Source: an uncultured Gammaproteobacteria bacterium (GTDB lineage: Bacteria; Patescibacteriota; Patescibacteriia; Magasanikbacterales; GWA2-37-8). Taken from it: a stretch of 55,351 nucleotides of DNA. The stretch spans positions 1-55,351 of the forward strand of contig CAYHHR010000003.1 of the NCBI GenBank assembly GCA_964356495.1. Direction: 5' to 3'. The notes beneath the pieces were generated by a model, which was not told where the DNA came from, made no database searches, and saw nothing but the letters and a program-made list of their open reading frames with translations. The stretch's first letter is position 1; each line of letters begins with the position of its first letter. Below are positions 17,739-26,130 of the stretch, one piece after another. A program made the translations under genes and the position numbers.

Positions 17739-18638
17739 ATGTATTTAATCGGTTTTATAATTTTGGGCGCCAGCATCGTCGGCATGGCGATTGTAGTTGT
17801 CCGGAAATTTCCCCTGCTCGCCAATCTTGATCTTGAAAATTTGCCGGAGGAAAAACTCGCCAAAAAGAAAAAAGAAATGGTAAGTCGGAGAGTCAGAGCT
17901 GGACACAGCCGGCTCGCGTTAACATTTTTGAAACTTGCAAAGCCGGTCGGAAAATTATGGGGATCGCTGCAGTTGAAGTTTCGAATTTATGTCGGCAAGA
18001 TTGAACGCCTCTTGCATCATGAGCAGCGGGTAAAGATCAAAGCCGAACTTGCGCAGCTGCCGAGCGAGGCGGTCGATAATAAACTGATGAGCCTTGTCGC
18101 CGAAGGGGAACAGTATTTTCATCAAGGGAATCTTGAAAAAGCCGAAGAGTTTTTTATCGCGGCGATTAAGCTGGACGCGAAATTCGCGCCAGCCTATCGC
18201 GGCCTTGGTGATACCTACCTAGCCAAGGGCGCGCTCGCCGAAGCCGAGGAGACTTATCAATTTCTCATGCAATTGACCCCGAAAGACGACAGCGCGATGG
18301 TAAAAATTTCCGAATTACTTGAGAAGAAGGGGGAGATTGAGAAAGCGATAAATTTTTTACAGCAGGCGGTGATCGTGAATGATTCGCTTTCTTCGCGATT
18401 TTATCATCTTACTGAGCTGCTGCTTCGGGTGAACCAGCCAAGCGTGGCCAAGGAAGCAATAGTTCAGGCGGTGGAATTAGAGCCTAGGAATCCTAAATAT
18501 CTTGACTTGCTGGTCGAAACTGGTATACTATGTGGCGATAAGGTTTTGGCTGAAAAAGGTCAGAGGGAGTTACGTCTTGTGAACCCGCAGAATCAAAAAC
18601 TGGATAGTTTTCAAGGACGGATTCATGCGTTGAAATAG
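17739..18638 (+). CDS. Membrane-anchored TPR-repeat protein
   Basis: N-terminal TM helix. TPR-like 34-aa repeats ('AEEFFIAAIKLDAKFAPAYRGLGDTYLAKG...'). Confidence 0.65.
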   Translation: MYLIGFIILGASIVGMAIVVVRKFPLLANLDLENLPEEKLAKKKKEMVSRRVRAGHSRLALTFLKLAKPVGKLWGSLQLKFRIYVGKIERLLHHEQRVKIKAELAQLPSEAVDNKLMSLVAEGEQYFHQGNLEKAEEFFIAAIKLDAKFAPAYRGLGDTYLAKGALAEAEETYQFLMQLTPKDDSAMVKISELLEKKGEIEKAINFLQQAVIVNDSLSSRFYHLTELLLRVNQPSVAKEAIVQAVELEPRNPKYLDLLVETGILCGDKVLAEKGQRELRLVNPQNQKLDSFQGRIHALK

Positions 18639-18644
18639 ATTACC

Positions 18645-18726
18645 GGGCAGATACCGAAGCGGTCAAACGGGGCTGACTGTAAATCAGCTGGCTACGCCTT
18701 CCTAGGTTCGAATCCTAGTCTGCCCA
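18645..18726 (+). tRNA. tRNA-Tyr (GUA), long variable arm, no encoded CCA
   Basis: Folds as a cloverleaf. Acceptor GGGCAGA/TCTGCCC, anticodon loop CTGTAAA, T-loop GGTTCGAATCC. Aligns arm-by-arm with E. coli tRNA-Tyr. Confidence 0.95.
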
Positions 18727-18734
18727 CATTGAAC

Positions 18735-18807
18735 GCCGTCTTAGCTCAGCTGGTAGAGCAACAGTTTTGTAAACTGTAGGTCCGGGGTTCAAATCCCCGA
18801 GACGGCT
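18735..18807 (+). tRNA. tRNA-Thr (UGU)
   Basis: Acceptor GCCGTCT/AGACGGC, anticodon stem ACAGT/ACTGT with loop TTTGTAA, T-arm CGGGG-TTCAAAT-CCCCG. Confidence 0.9.
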
Positions 18808-18821
18808 CAGAAAATTTTAAC

Positions 18822-18894
18822 GCCGATGTAGCTCAGATGGTAGAGCACGTCCATGGTAAGGACGGGGTCCGCGGTTCAATTCCGCGCATCGGCT
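18822..18894 (+). tRNA. tRNA-Thr (GGU)
   Basis: Acceptor GCCGATG/CATCGGC, anticodon stem CGTCC/GGACG with loop ATGGTAA, T-arm CGCGG-TTCAATT-CCGCG. Confidence 0.9.
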
Positions 18895-18902
18895 CAGGGT
18901 TT

Positions 18903-18931
18903 AAAAATTGAAAATTAAAAATTAAAAATTC
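18903..18931 (+). repeat. Heptamer array in the rpmG leader (AAAAATTG AAAATTA AAAATTA AAAATTC)
   Basis: Read directly. Lies immediately upstream of the rpmG start, and no Shine-Dalgarno is visible. Confidence 0.8.
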
Positions 18932-18938
18932 ACAATGT

Positions 18939-19094
18939 ATGTCACAAGACAACATGGTAAAATTGGAATGTTCGGTCTGCAAGCATATCAATTACTTCAG
19001 CACCAAGAACAAAAAGATCCTCAAGAACAGGCTGGAGCTCAGCAAGTTCTGCGACAACTGCAAAGCGCACACTGTCCACAAGGAAACGAAATAG
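18939..19094 (+). CDS. rpmG: 50S ribosomal protein L33 (51 aa; below the ORF-track size cut-off)
   Basis: Hand translation: MSQDNMVKLECSVCKHINYFSTKNKKILKNRLELSKFCDNCKAHTVHKETK. It has the CxxC...CxxC zinc ribbon and the 'KNRLEL.KFC..C..HT.H.E.K' L33 signature. Confidence 0.9.
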   Translation: MSQDNMVKLECSVCKHINYFSTKNKKILKNRLELSKFCDNCKAHTVHKETK

Positions 19095-19115
19095 TCAGGG
19101 ACACTAAGTCAAGCT

Positions 19116-19928
19116 GTGAAATATTATTTTACCGCTTTCTATAAAAGTTTCTACGATTCCGTATGGTTGAAAGCCACGCGGGGTTTTCCTGGCAAAGCCT
19201 GGAGTTACTTTTGTCTTTTTGTTTTCGTCGTCGCTCTCGCCGCGTTAGTGCCGATCGCGTTTGAACTTCGCCCGCTGGTAAAAGATTTTGGTCAAAATTT
19301 TTCGACCGGCGCGCCTGATTTCGAGGCGACTCTGAAAGGTGGAAAATTATCAGTGCGGAAGTTGGCTCAGCCGTTTGTCTATCGTTCTTCCGGAAATGAT
19401 TTTGTAGCGGTAGTGGACACGATCAGCACCAGTTCGGTGGCGTTGGAGCAGTATGTGACCAGCACTTACGCCGACTCTATACTTATCACCTCTGATCATG
19501 TCGAGTTTCGTGATGTCAGTACCGGCGAATCGAGAATTCAGAGTTGGAAAGATTTTCCGGAGTTCTCATTTTCGAAAAGCGAAGTTGTAGCGATGACAAA
19601 TCGTTTTGCCGAACCAATGAATTTGGCCGCCGCGATTTTGGTGATCTTTATCGGGCTCTATGTTGGATTTTTTGTCAGCAAGCTCTATACTATACTAATG
19701 GTTACACTATTGGTTTCGGTATTTGCTCGAATATACAGTCGCGCGGTGAAGTTTTGGGAGTTGTTCACGATTGGTCTCTATGCGGTTACCTTACCGAGCA
19801 TTATCGGCATCATCCTCACTTTGATCGGACTGGAATTTTCTTATGTGCAGTTTCTTGCCCTTCTGGCGTTTATGCTGGCGATGGTGTGGACAAAAGATGA
19901 GGCCAAAGTCGAAAGTCCAAAGTTATAG
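19116..19928 (+). CDS. DUF1189-like polytopic membrane protein
   Basis: GTG start. 'FYKSFYDSVWL' N-terminus and a C-terminal block of TM helices. Confidence 0.5.
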   Translation: MKYYFTAFYKSFYDSVWLKATRGFPGKAWSYFCLFVFVVALAALVPIAFELRPLVKDFGQNFSTGAPDFEATLKGGKLSVRKLAQPFVYRSSGNDFVAVVDTISTSSVALEQYVTSTYADSILITSDHVEFRDVSTGESRIQSWKDFPEFSFSKSEVVAMTNRFAEPMNLAAAILVIFIGLYVGFFVSKLYTILMVTLLVSVFARIYSRAVKFWELFTIGLYAVTLPSIIGIILTLIGLEFSYVQFLALLAFMLAMVWTKDEAKVESPKL

Positions 19929-19935
19929 AAAAAAT

Positions 19936-20007
19936 GGGCCTGTAGTTTCAATGGTAAAACTCTCGTCTCCAAAACGAGCGTTCTCGGTTCGAATCCGAGC
20001 GGGCCTG
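19936..20007 (+). tRNA. tRNA-Trp (CCA anticodon), no encoded 3' CCA
   Basis: Acceptor GGGCCTG/CGGGCCT (with G-U pairs), D-arm GTTT/AAAC, anticodon stem CTCGT/ACGAG with loop CTCCAAA, T-arm CTCGG-TTCGAAT-CCGAG. Confidence 0.85.
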
Positions 20008-20013
20008 CACTGT

Positions 20014-20047
20014 AAATTTATGGCTTAGCATAGCCATAAATTTTTTT
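20014..20047 (+). terminator. Rho-independent terminator after tRNA-Trp
   Basis: AAATTTATGGCT / AGCCATAAATTT stem followed by a T-tract. Confidence 0.75.
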
Positions 20048-20150
20048 AACCTACATCGGAGTTAGAACCAAATGACCTTGGCGAATATTCTAGACATTTT
20101 TAAAATATGGTGTTATGCTTCAATCAATATTATAATTTTAGGATAATTTG

Positions 20151-20750
20151 ATGGCTTCTATGCGTACTTTAGTTTTAGCATCGACATCACCACGAAGGAA
20201 GTCTATTTTAACTAATTTAGACCTTCCTTTTGTTGTCGCGTCTCCTAAATATCATGAAGATAATTCATTACAGATTTTGCCTGCTGACTTAGTACAACAT
20301 TTGGCTGTTGGCAAGGCTCGTTCACTTATGACAGATTTCCCAGATGCTATTATTATTGGATCAGATACATTGGTAGAATTTAAAGGAAAAATTTTACCTA
20401 AGCCTCGCAGTATAAAAGAAGCAGTCGACATGCTACTGTCGTTGAGCGGCACTTCCCATTCCATTCTAACTGGGTTTGCACTATTTGATACGAAGTCTGG
20501 TCAAGTAGATAGTGGCACACAAAAAACAGTCATCACCTTTAGAGAGATTAAATTGGAGGAAGCCCAGGCGTATGTAAAACGTGAAGACGTACTTGGTGTT
20601 GCTGGAGCGTATGACCACGAGCACCTCGGCGCAGTGTTTGTTGAAAATTTGAATGGCGATTTCTATGGTTCCGTTGGTTTTCCGTTATATAAAATCGCAG
20701 AATCTTTGAAAAATAATTTTGAGATGGACCCTCTTTTTCTCGACCGATAA
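20151..20750 (+). CDS. maf: Maf-like nucleoside triphosphate pyrophosphatase
   Basis: 'LVLASTSPRRKSIL', 'IIGSDT', 'KP.S..EA..ML..LSG..H.I.TG' and 'GAYDHEHLGAVFVE...GD...VVG(F)P' motifs. Confidence 0.85.
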   Translation: MASMRTLVLASTSPRRKSILTNLDLPFVVASPKYHEDNSLQILPADLVQHLAVGKARSLMTDFPDAIIIGSDTLVEFKGKILPKPRSIKEAVDMLLSLSGTSHSILTGFALFDTKSGQVDSGTQKTVITFREIKLEEAQAYVKREDVLGVAGAYDHEHLGAVFVENLNGDFYGSVGFPLYKIAESLKNNFEMDPLFLDR

Positions 20751-20761
20751 ATTATTTCTTT

Positions 20762-21388
20762 ATGACACTCAACAATAATGAAAAAATTAAGAAAATAATG
20801 GAGAAAAGTGAACAATTTGTCGTTATTTGCGGACCAAGCGGTAGCGGTAAGACAATGGTTGCAGAATATCTTATTAGTAATTACGGTTTTGCTGAACTCC
20901 CATTTTTAACGACTCGTGATTTAAGGCCTGGAGAAAAAGAAATTGGTGCTTGTCAAATTACGCGGGATGAATTCATTGAACAATCGCAAGGTGGTAATAT
21001 TTTCTTGGGAGTTAGAAGCTATGGTAACGCTTATGGTTATAATTTAGATCTCATTTACAGTCAAACGATGAATGGTCAACGAATCGTTGTTGAAGCTCCT
21101 GCATCATATTTAACAACGGATGTTTCTTATTTTTTGCCAAAAAGTACTATAATTGGCGTTATTCCCTTAACCCCAAATGAAACTGAAAGACAACTGGAAG
21201 CACGGGGTTTAAATGCTGCGGTTGACCAAAGGTTGCGCGTGCTTAATTGTGAAATTGAAAAAGAACATATAGCATATTCCTGTGGCACAATTGATGTCAC
21301 GCCTATTTTGCCGACTGATGGCAGTCCTGAACACACTCTTCGTCAAGTTGATCGTTTGATGGAAAAACGTGGTTTCAGTAAAGTATGA
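20762..21388 (+). CDS. P-loop kinase of the guanylate kinase / PhnN-like family (divergent)
   Basis: 'ICGPSGSGKT', then 'TTRDLRPGEKEIG' and '...NAYGY', the guanylate-kinase layout. Substrate unknown. Confidence 0.6.
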   Translation: MTLNNNEKIKKIMEKSEQFVVICGPSGSGKTMVAEYLISNYGFAELPFLTTRDLRPGEKEIGACQITRDEFIEQSQGGNIFLGVRSYGNAYGYNLDLIYSQTMNGQRIVVEAPASYLTTDVSYFLPKSTIIGVIPLTPNETERQLEARGLNAAVDQRLRVLNCEIEKEHIAYSCGTIDVTPILPTDGSPEHTLRQVDRLMEKRGFSKV

Positions 21389-22656
21389 AGAAACTAATTA
21401 GGTTTCTTCATACTTTTTTCTTATTTTTAAACCTCACTTCTTTTGACTCTCGTTTACGAACGGGTCGTATTTTGGGCCGGTCATGGTCGCCATTAAGATT
21501 TAGCGCGCGTTTTTTTTCGTTTTGCTTTGGAAAACAAAATTACAATAATATTCTTCTCCATGCCAAAAATATACAAAGGGATCAAGAATTGGCTATTGCA
21601 GACTCAGGCACATTTAATTTTTCTCGATATATTGAAAAAAAATTGCTCCAAAAAATTGTAAATATTTTGAATTTGCCTTTTGCTGAGTTTTCCGGATACC
21701 TCACTACGGGAGCGACTGAAGCAAATATTTACTCTCTTTGGGTGGCACGAGAGTGGGCAAACAAACTAGTTGAAGCACGTTCTGAAAAAAAGATATATTG
21801 GCTTATTCCTAAGAATGTTCACTACTCAATAATTAAGGCACTACGTTTGCTGGCCATTGAAGGCCAACAAAATAATGAGGTAATTCTTATTGATCTTGAC
21901 CAGAACGGTCGTGCTAATCTTCAGCAGATCATTCAATATGTTGAACTCGCTCATACCCATGAAAATCCCGTGGTTCTAGTTATGACTGCCATGTCAACAG
22001 AATACGGATCTATTGATCCGCTCAAAGAGGTCGATCAGTACATTGCTTCTGCAGCGATTAAAAACTTCCATTTACATGTCGATGCGGCGTTTTCAGGATT
22101 TTTTCTGCCATTTGCTAAAGGTTATGAAAACATTTTTTCTATTCAATCGTTATCATCAATTTCGTTAGATTTTCACAAGACCATTGGCGGTCCTGTTGGC
22201 GTTGGGGCAGTAGTTATGCGTTCTGGGTTCGAAAAATTTGCGAAAGTCGAAGCCTCTTATCTTAAGGATGGTGCCGACTTTACGTTAGTAGGCAGCAGAA
22301 AAGGCATAGACGCGCTAGCGATTTATAGTATTTTTGATATATATGACATTGATGATTTTAAGAAGGAAGTAGCCGCGATGCAGACCAAGACGCAATTTTT
22401 AGCTAATAGTTTAGCTCGTTTGTCATTTATTAGATTATATTATGAACCAACATTTAATTATATTGTTTTTTCTTTAGATAATTTAAGTCCAGATAAAGAA
22501 TTAATTATTAGAAAAATATTTGCTAAATTTTCGGTTTCATCATCAGAAGTCGAAAGTGACGGTAAAAAAATTTCTTTATTCAAAATAGTTATCCGACAAG
22601 ACCACAGTGTTAGGTTATTACGCAAATTCGTGCTTGAATTAGCAGCACTTAGATAG
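21385..22656 (+). CDS. Group II PLP-dependent amino-acid decarboxylase (MfnA/GadB-like)
   Basis: 'TTGATEANIYSLWVARE', 'HVDAAFSGFFLPF' and 'SISLDFHKTIGGPVGVGAVVMR' (PLP-Lys). ATGA overlap with the upstream kinase gene. Confidence 0.75.
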   Translation: MKKLIRFLHTFFLFLNLTSFDSRLRTGRILGRSWSPLRFSARFFSFCFGKQNYNNILLHAKNIQRDQELAIADSGTFNFSRYIEKKLLQKIVNILNLPFAEFSGYLTTGATEANIYSLWVAREWANKLVEARSEKKIYWLIPKNVHYSIIKALRLLAIEGQQNNEVILIDLDQNGRANLQQIIQYVELAHTHENPVVLVMTAMSTEYGSIDPLKEVDQYIASAAIKNFHLHVDAAFSGFFLPFAKGYENIFSIQSLSSISLDFHKTIGGPVGVGAVVMRSGFEKFAKVEASYLKDGADFTLVGSRKGIDALAIYSIFDIYDIDDFKKEVAAMQTKTQFLANSLARLSFIRLYYEPTFNYIVFSLDNLSPDKELIIRKIFAKFSVSSSEVESDGKKISLFKIVIRQDHSVRLLRKFVLELAALR

Positions 22657-22657
22657 T

Positions 22658-23767
22658 ATGACTCAAAAAAATGAGTATTATAAAATTGGCCAGTTGCTCA
22701 ATCCGCTTCAGAGAAGCATTACAACATTATATCCGCAAGGAAGTAAGTGTAGAATCGTTGTTCCCGCTCGTGTTGATACCTTTTTGTGCCATCACCACTA
22801 TTTTGTGCATCCGCTTCGACCGCAAGTCTACCCGGTAAATTCTATTAACTTTGTTCTTAACCAATTAACCGAAGCAGAAGTAGCGATACGATCGGATAAA
22901 AAAATTGTTATCACTGCTCTCGAGACCAGAAAGCCGTTGATCGAGCATGTGGTTAAAATTATGCAACAGACCCTAGGGTTTGATACGGGATTTTCCGTTA
23001 TAGCAAAAAACAATCACAATACTTTGCATGGCGGACTAGGTTCGTCCTCCACACTAATGACTGCAGTAGCTCAGGCTATAAATATAATCATGGGTAACCA
23101 TTTAACGGTTCAGGAAATGACAAAATTATTAGCACAGAATTATGGAGAGGAAACCAATAAAACTGGTATGCTTTCTACAATGGCTAGTATTGGCGGTGCT
23201 TCTGCATCGGCGTTGAGCGGTAAATCTTTGATAATTATTGGCGGCGAAGCCGAGATATGGATTAAAGAGGACTTGCCCGTAGGTTATGAGGCAGTTTTGC
23301 TCTATCCGAAGAACATTAAAGCCATATCGGGTATAGTTGATATGCAGCTTTATAAAAAAGGGTTTGAGTTATTTGAGCGAATTGGGTATGAGTGGGGTGA
23401 CATCAAGGAAAATATTTTAAGATCAAAAATAATACCGGCGATTTGTAAAGAGGACTACTCAGTGTTGTTTAAGTCAATTAATATGTATACTATTGGAGCC
23501 TATGGCGATATTCCGCAGTATTTTAGATCACGTTGGCTATCGCACAACATTTTTTTTGATGAGTTTATATACACCATATTTTTAAGACTCTTTGCAGCCG
23601 TACCGATGGAGGAAAATTGTTTTTTTGTCTCATCCGGCGGTCCTTTACTTGTGATAATTACTAACCGATTTAACGATGTGATAGCTGCACTCGGCAACAT
23701 AACTGATAATTTTTCAGTTGATAGAGTTTCGTTGGCAAGAAGCGGGCCCCAATTAGAGATTGAATAG
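22658..23767 (+). CDS. GHMP-kinase-superfamily protein (beta-RFAP synthase / pantoate kinase-like)
   Basis: 'LHGGLGSSSTLMTAVAQAIN' matches the GHMP motif II (GLGSS). 1-nt gap from the decarboxylase gene. Confidence 0.55.
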   Translation: MTQKNEYYKIGQLLNPLQRSITTLYPQGSKCRIVVPARVDTFLCHHHYFVHPLRPQVYPVNSINFVLNQLTEAEVAIRSDKKIVITALETRKPLIEHVVKIMQQTLGFDTGFSVIAKNNHNTLHGGLGSSSTLMTAVAQAINIIMGNHLTVQEMTKLLAQNYGEETNKTGMLSTMASIGGASASALSGKSLIIIGGEAEIWIKEDLPVGYEAVLLYPKNIKAISGIVDMQLYKKGFELFERIGYEWGDIKENILRSKIIPAICKEDYSVLFKSINMYTIGAYGDIPQYFRSRWLSHNIFFDEFIYTIFLRLFAAVPMEENCFFVSSGGPLLVIITNRFNDVIAALGNITDNFSVDRVSLARSGPQLEIE

Positions 23768-23824
23768 TAATGGATTTTTTTAACAACCTAAATTGAATAA
23801 ATTCGGTCAATTACTGTATGTTAT

Positions 23825-24271
23825 ATGGAAAAAGAAATTAAAAAAATTTACCTAGGAGTTTACGGCGTGTATCTAAAAGGCGATAAGGTTTTAGTAATCA
23901 AGAAAGCGCGAGGTCCATATACCGGAAAATATGACCTACCGGGTGGTGGACTTAATTTTGATGAGACCGCAAGCCAATGCCTCGAAAGAGAAATGATGGA
24001 AGAAACCAATACAAAGGTACTAAAGAAAACTTTAATCGGGATAAATGAGTATCAATGCCAATACCCTAGAGAGGATGGCAGCATCAAGGACTTCCACCAT
24101 TTGGGAGTGTACTACCGGGTTAATCTTCTGATCGAAAATCTTAAGACTACGCCAGATGGTCAGGATTCAAACGGAGCCGTTTTCGTGCCAGTTTCAGAGC
24201 TTAATGAAAAAAATACGTCACCGATTTGCCTCCCGATGATTAAACAAGCACTGGATGTGAAAGTTTCGTAG
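23825..24271 (+). CDS. Nudix hydrolase
   Basis: Nudix box 'GGGLNFDETASQCLEREMMEETN' (Gx5Ex7REUxEExGU). Confidence 0.85.
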   Translation: MEKEIKKIYLGVYGVYLKGDKVLVIKKARGPYTGKYDLPGGGLNFDETASQCLEREMMEETNTKVLKKTLIGINEYQCQYPREDGSIKDFHHLGVYYRVNLLIENLKTTPDGQDSNGAVFVPVSELNEKNTSPICLPMIKQALDVKVS

Positions 24272-24362
24272 TACCGACTGCATACCTATTAATTAACCAA
24301 ATCTGACGCCGCGCTATAATCGGCATTGTTCCTGGTTCTGACTTCATCCACGATGCCCTGCG

Positions 24363-24389
24363 AAGACCAGTTTATGCTGGTCTTTTTTG
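24363..24389 (+). terminator. Rho-independent terminator
   Basis: AAGACCAG-tttatg-CTGGTCTT followed by TTTTT. Confidence 0.75.
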
Positions 24390-24438
24390 TTGTAGTAATA
24401 TAGAATATTAAAACCCGCACTTTATAAATTGTATTAAT

Positions 24439-25254
24439 ATGCCAGAAAATTCATTTGAAGCAATCAAAAGGGTAGACGATAATGGAAGGGAATATTGGTC
24501 ATCGCGTGAATTGGCTAAGGTTCTAGAATATCCATATTATCGTAAATTTCTTAGTGTAATCGATAAGGCGAAAGTTGCTTGCGAAAATAGCGGCGGAGTT
24601 ATCCACAGCCATTTTGTCCATATGGACGAAATGGTTCTAATCGGGTCTGGTGCGGAAAGGCCCATTGATACAATGTGTCTTTCACGATATGCCTGTTATC
24701 TGATCGTTCAAAATTCTGATCCAACTAAAGTAATCGTAGCAAAAGGTCAAACATATTTCGCGATTCAAACGCGAAGACAAGAAAAAGCTGACAATCTGAT
24801 CGAAGATAATAATCGTATTTTTTTGCGTGAGGAAATGAAAAAGCACAACACGAGCTTGATGCAGACTGCGGCCATGGCCGGTGTTGAAAATTATGCGATT
24901 TTTCAAAATTATGGTTATAAAGGTTTGTATGGCGGGCTGACAATGCAGGATATTCATGTGAAAAAACATTTGACGAAATCGCAGAAAATTCTTGATCACA
25001 TGAACAGCGAGGAGTTGGCTGCCAATTTATTTCGCGCTACTCAAGCTGGTGCAAAAATAAAGCGGGAAAATATTAGAGGTCAAGTAGATGCAAATTTGGC
25101 ACATTACGAGGTCGGTCAAAAAGTTAGAAATACGATTGCAAATTTAGGTGGTACGATGCCAGAAGAATTACCGACCCCGGATGCGATAGGTAAAGCTCAA
25201 ACGAGAATAAAGAAATCAAGGCAAGTGAAGAAAATTGAGACTGGCAGAGAATAA
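24439..25254 (+). CDS. dinD: DNA-damage-inducible protein D (DinD)-like protein
   Basis: 'FE.IK......G.E.WSSRELAK.L.Y..YR.F..VI.KAK.ACENSG......HF......V.IGSGA.R......LSRYACYL.VQN.DP.K...A.GQTYFAIQTRRQE' matches my memory of E. coli DinD almost motif for motif. Confidence 0.75.
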   Translation: MPENSFEAIKRVDDNGREYWSSRELAKVLEYPYYRKFLSVIDKAKVACENSGGVIHSHFVHMDEMVLIGSGAERPIDTMCLSRYACYLIVQNSDPTKVIVAKGQTYFAIQTRRQEKADNLIEDNNRIFLREEMKKHNTSLMQTAAMAGVENYAIFQNYGYKGLYGGLTMQDIHVKKHLTKSQKILDHMNSEELAANLFRATQAGAKIKRENIRGQVDANLAHYEVGQKVRNTIANLGGTMPEELPTPDAIGKAQTRIKKSRQVKKIETGRE

Positions 25255-25263
25255 AAATCGCAT

Positions 25264-26022
25264 ATGAAATTAATCTCACTTAACACTTGGGGAGCTCGAG
25301 CAGGTCTGGATAATCTGCTCGATTTTTTTAAAAAACATCGCGATGCGGATATATTTTGTTTGCAGGAAATCTGGGATGGCGGCGAAGAGCGGATCGCGGG
25401 AGTAAATTTTAAAGGGGTTGATTGTAAGCAGGTCGAGCCGCGATTACTTAGAAAAATTCAAGACGTTCTGCCGGATCACGTCGTGTATTTCAGGCCGCAT
25501 TATTTTGACTTTTATGGTTTGGCGTTATTTGTGAAAAAAGATTTAAATATTATTGAGGAGGGGGAGTTGTTCGTTTATAAAGAACGCGGCTATTATTCAT
25601 CGGACGCGGTAGGAAATCATGCTCGTAATATTCAATACGTGAAGGTCGCCATTCCGCGTGGCATACGCGTCATTGTTAATTTCCACGGCCTGTGGAACGG
25701 CCAAGGAAAAGATGACTCGGCTGACCGCCTGCTTCAGTCTGATAATATTTTGCGTTTTCTTGCCGCCCTTCCTCACCCGGTCATTTTATGCGGAGATTTT
25801 AATCTGTTGCCTGAGACGGAAAGTATAAAAAAACTTGAGTCTTTTGGATTGCGGAATCTTATTAAAGTAAATAATATTGCTTCGACAAGAACCAGTTTTT
25901 ATAAAAAAGAACACCGATTTGCTGATTATACGTTTGTGAGCAAGGATATTAGCGTCGTCGATTTTAAAGTATTGCCGGATGAGGTATCGGACCATAATGC
26001 CATGCAGCTTAGTTTTGAATAA
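25264..26022 (+). CDS. Endonuclease/exonuclease/phosphatase (EEP) family protein
   Basis: 'LNTWG', 'DIFCLQE', 'CGDFN' and C-terminal 'SDHNA' motifs. Confidence 0.8.
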   Translation: MKLISLNTWGARAGLDNLLDFFKKHRDADIFCLQEIWDGGEERIAGVNFKGVDCKQVEPRLLRKIQDVLPDHVVYFRPHYFDFYGLALFVKKDLNIIEEGELFVYKERGYYSSDAVGNHARNIQYVKVAIPRGIRVIVNFHGLWNGQGKDDSADRLLQSDNILRFLAALPHPVILCGDFNLLPETESIKKLESFGLRNLIKVNNIASTRTSFYKKEHRFADYTFVSKDISVVDFKVLPDEVSDHNAMQLSFE

Positions 26023-26064
26023 CCGTCATTCATCGCTAAAACAGCCATTTTTTTGGCCTTAAGG

Positions 26065-26093
26065 TTGACAAAAGGCTGATTTTGTAGTATAAT
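26065..26093 (+). promoter_or_regulatory. Perfect consensus sigma70 promoter (TTGACA-17-TATAAT)
   Basis: TTGACA at 26065-26070 and TATAAT at 26088-26093. Confidence 0.7.
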
Positions 26094-26130
26094 TCTGCGT
26101 TAGTGTACGTTAATTATTGAGCCTTTTTAC

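Noticed and set aside
18935-19144. 69-aa ORF from the track ('MYVTRQHGKIGMF...') downstream of the tRNA cluster.
   Set aside because: It is the wrong frame. The +1-shifted frame from 18939 encodes a textbook 51-aa ribosomal protein L33 with two CxxC pairs, and the 69-aa product is Gln-rich nonsense.
24396-24410. Palindrome TAATAT-aga-ATATTA upstream of the dinD-like gene, and AATATT motifs upstream of the LexA-like gene (about 32858 and 32909), considered as a possible shared SOS/LexA operator.
   Set aside because: AATATT-type palindromes carry little information in AT-rich intergenic DNA. I found no longer shared motif between the dinD-like, lexA-like and recQ upstream regions by eye. This needs a proper motif search before any claim.
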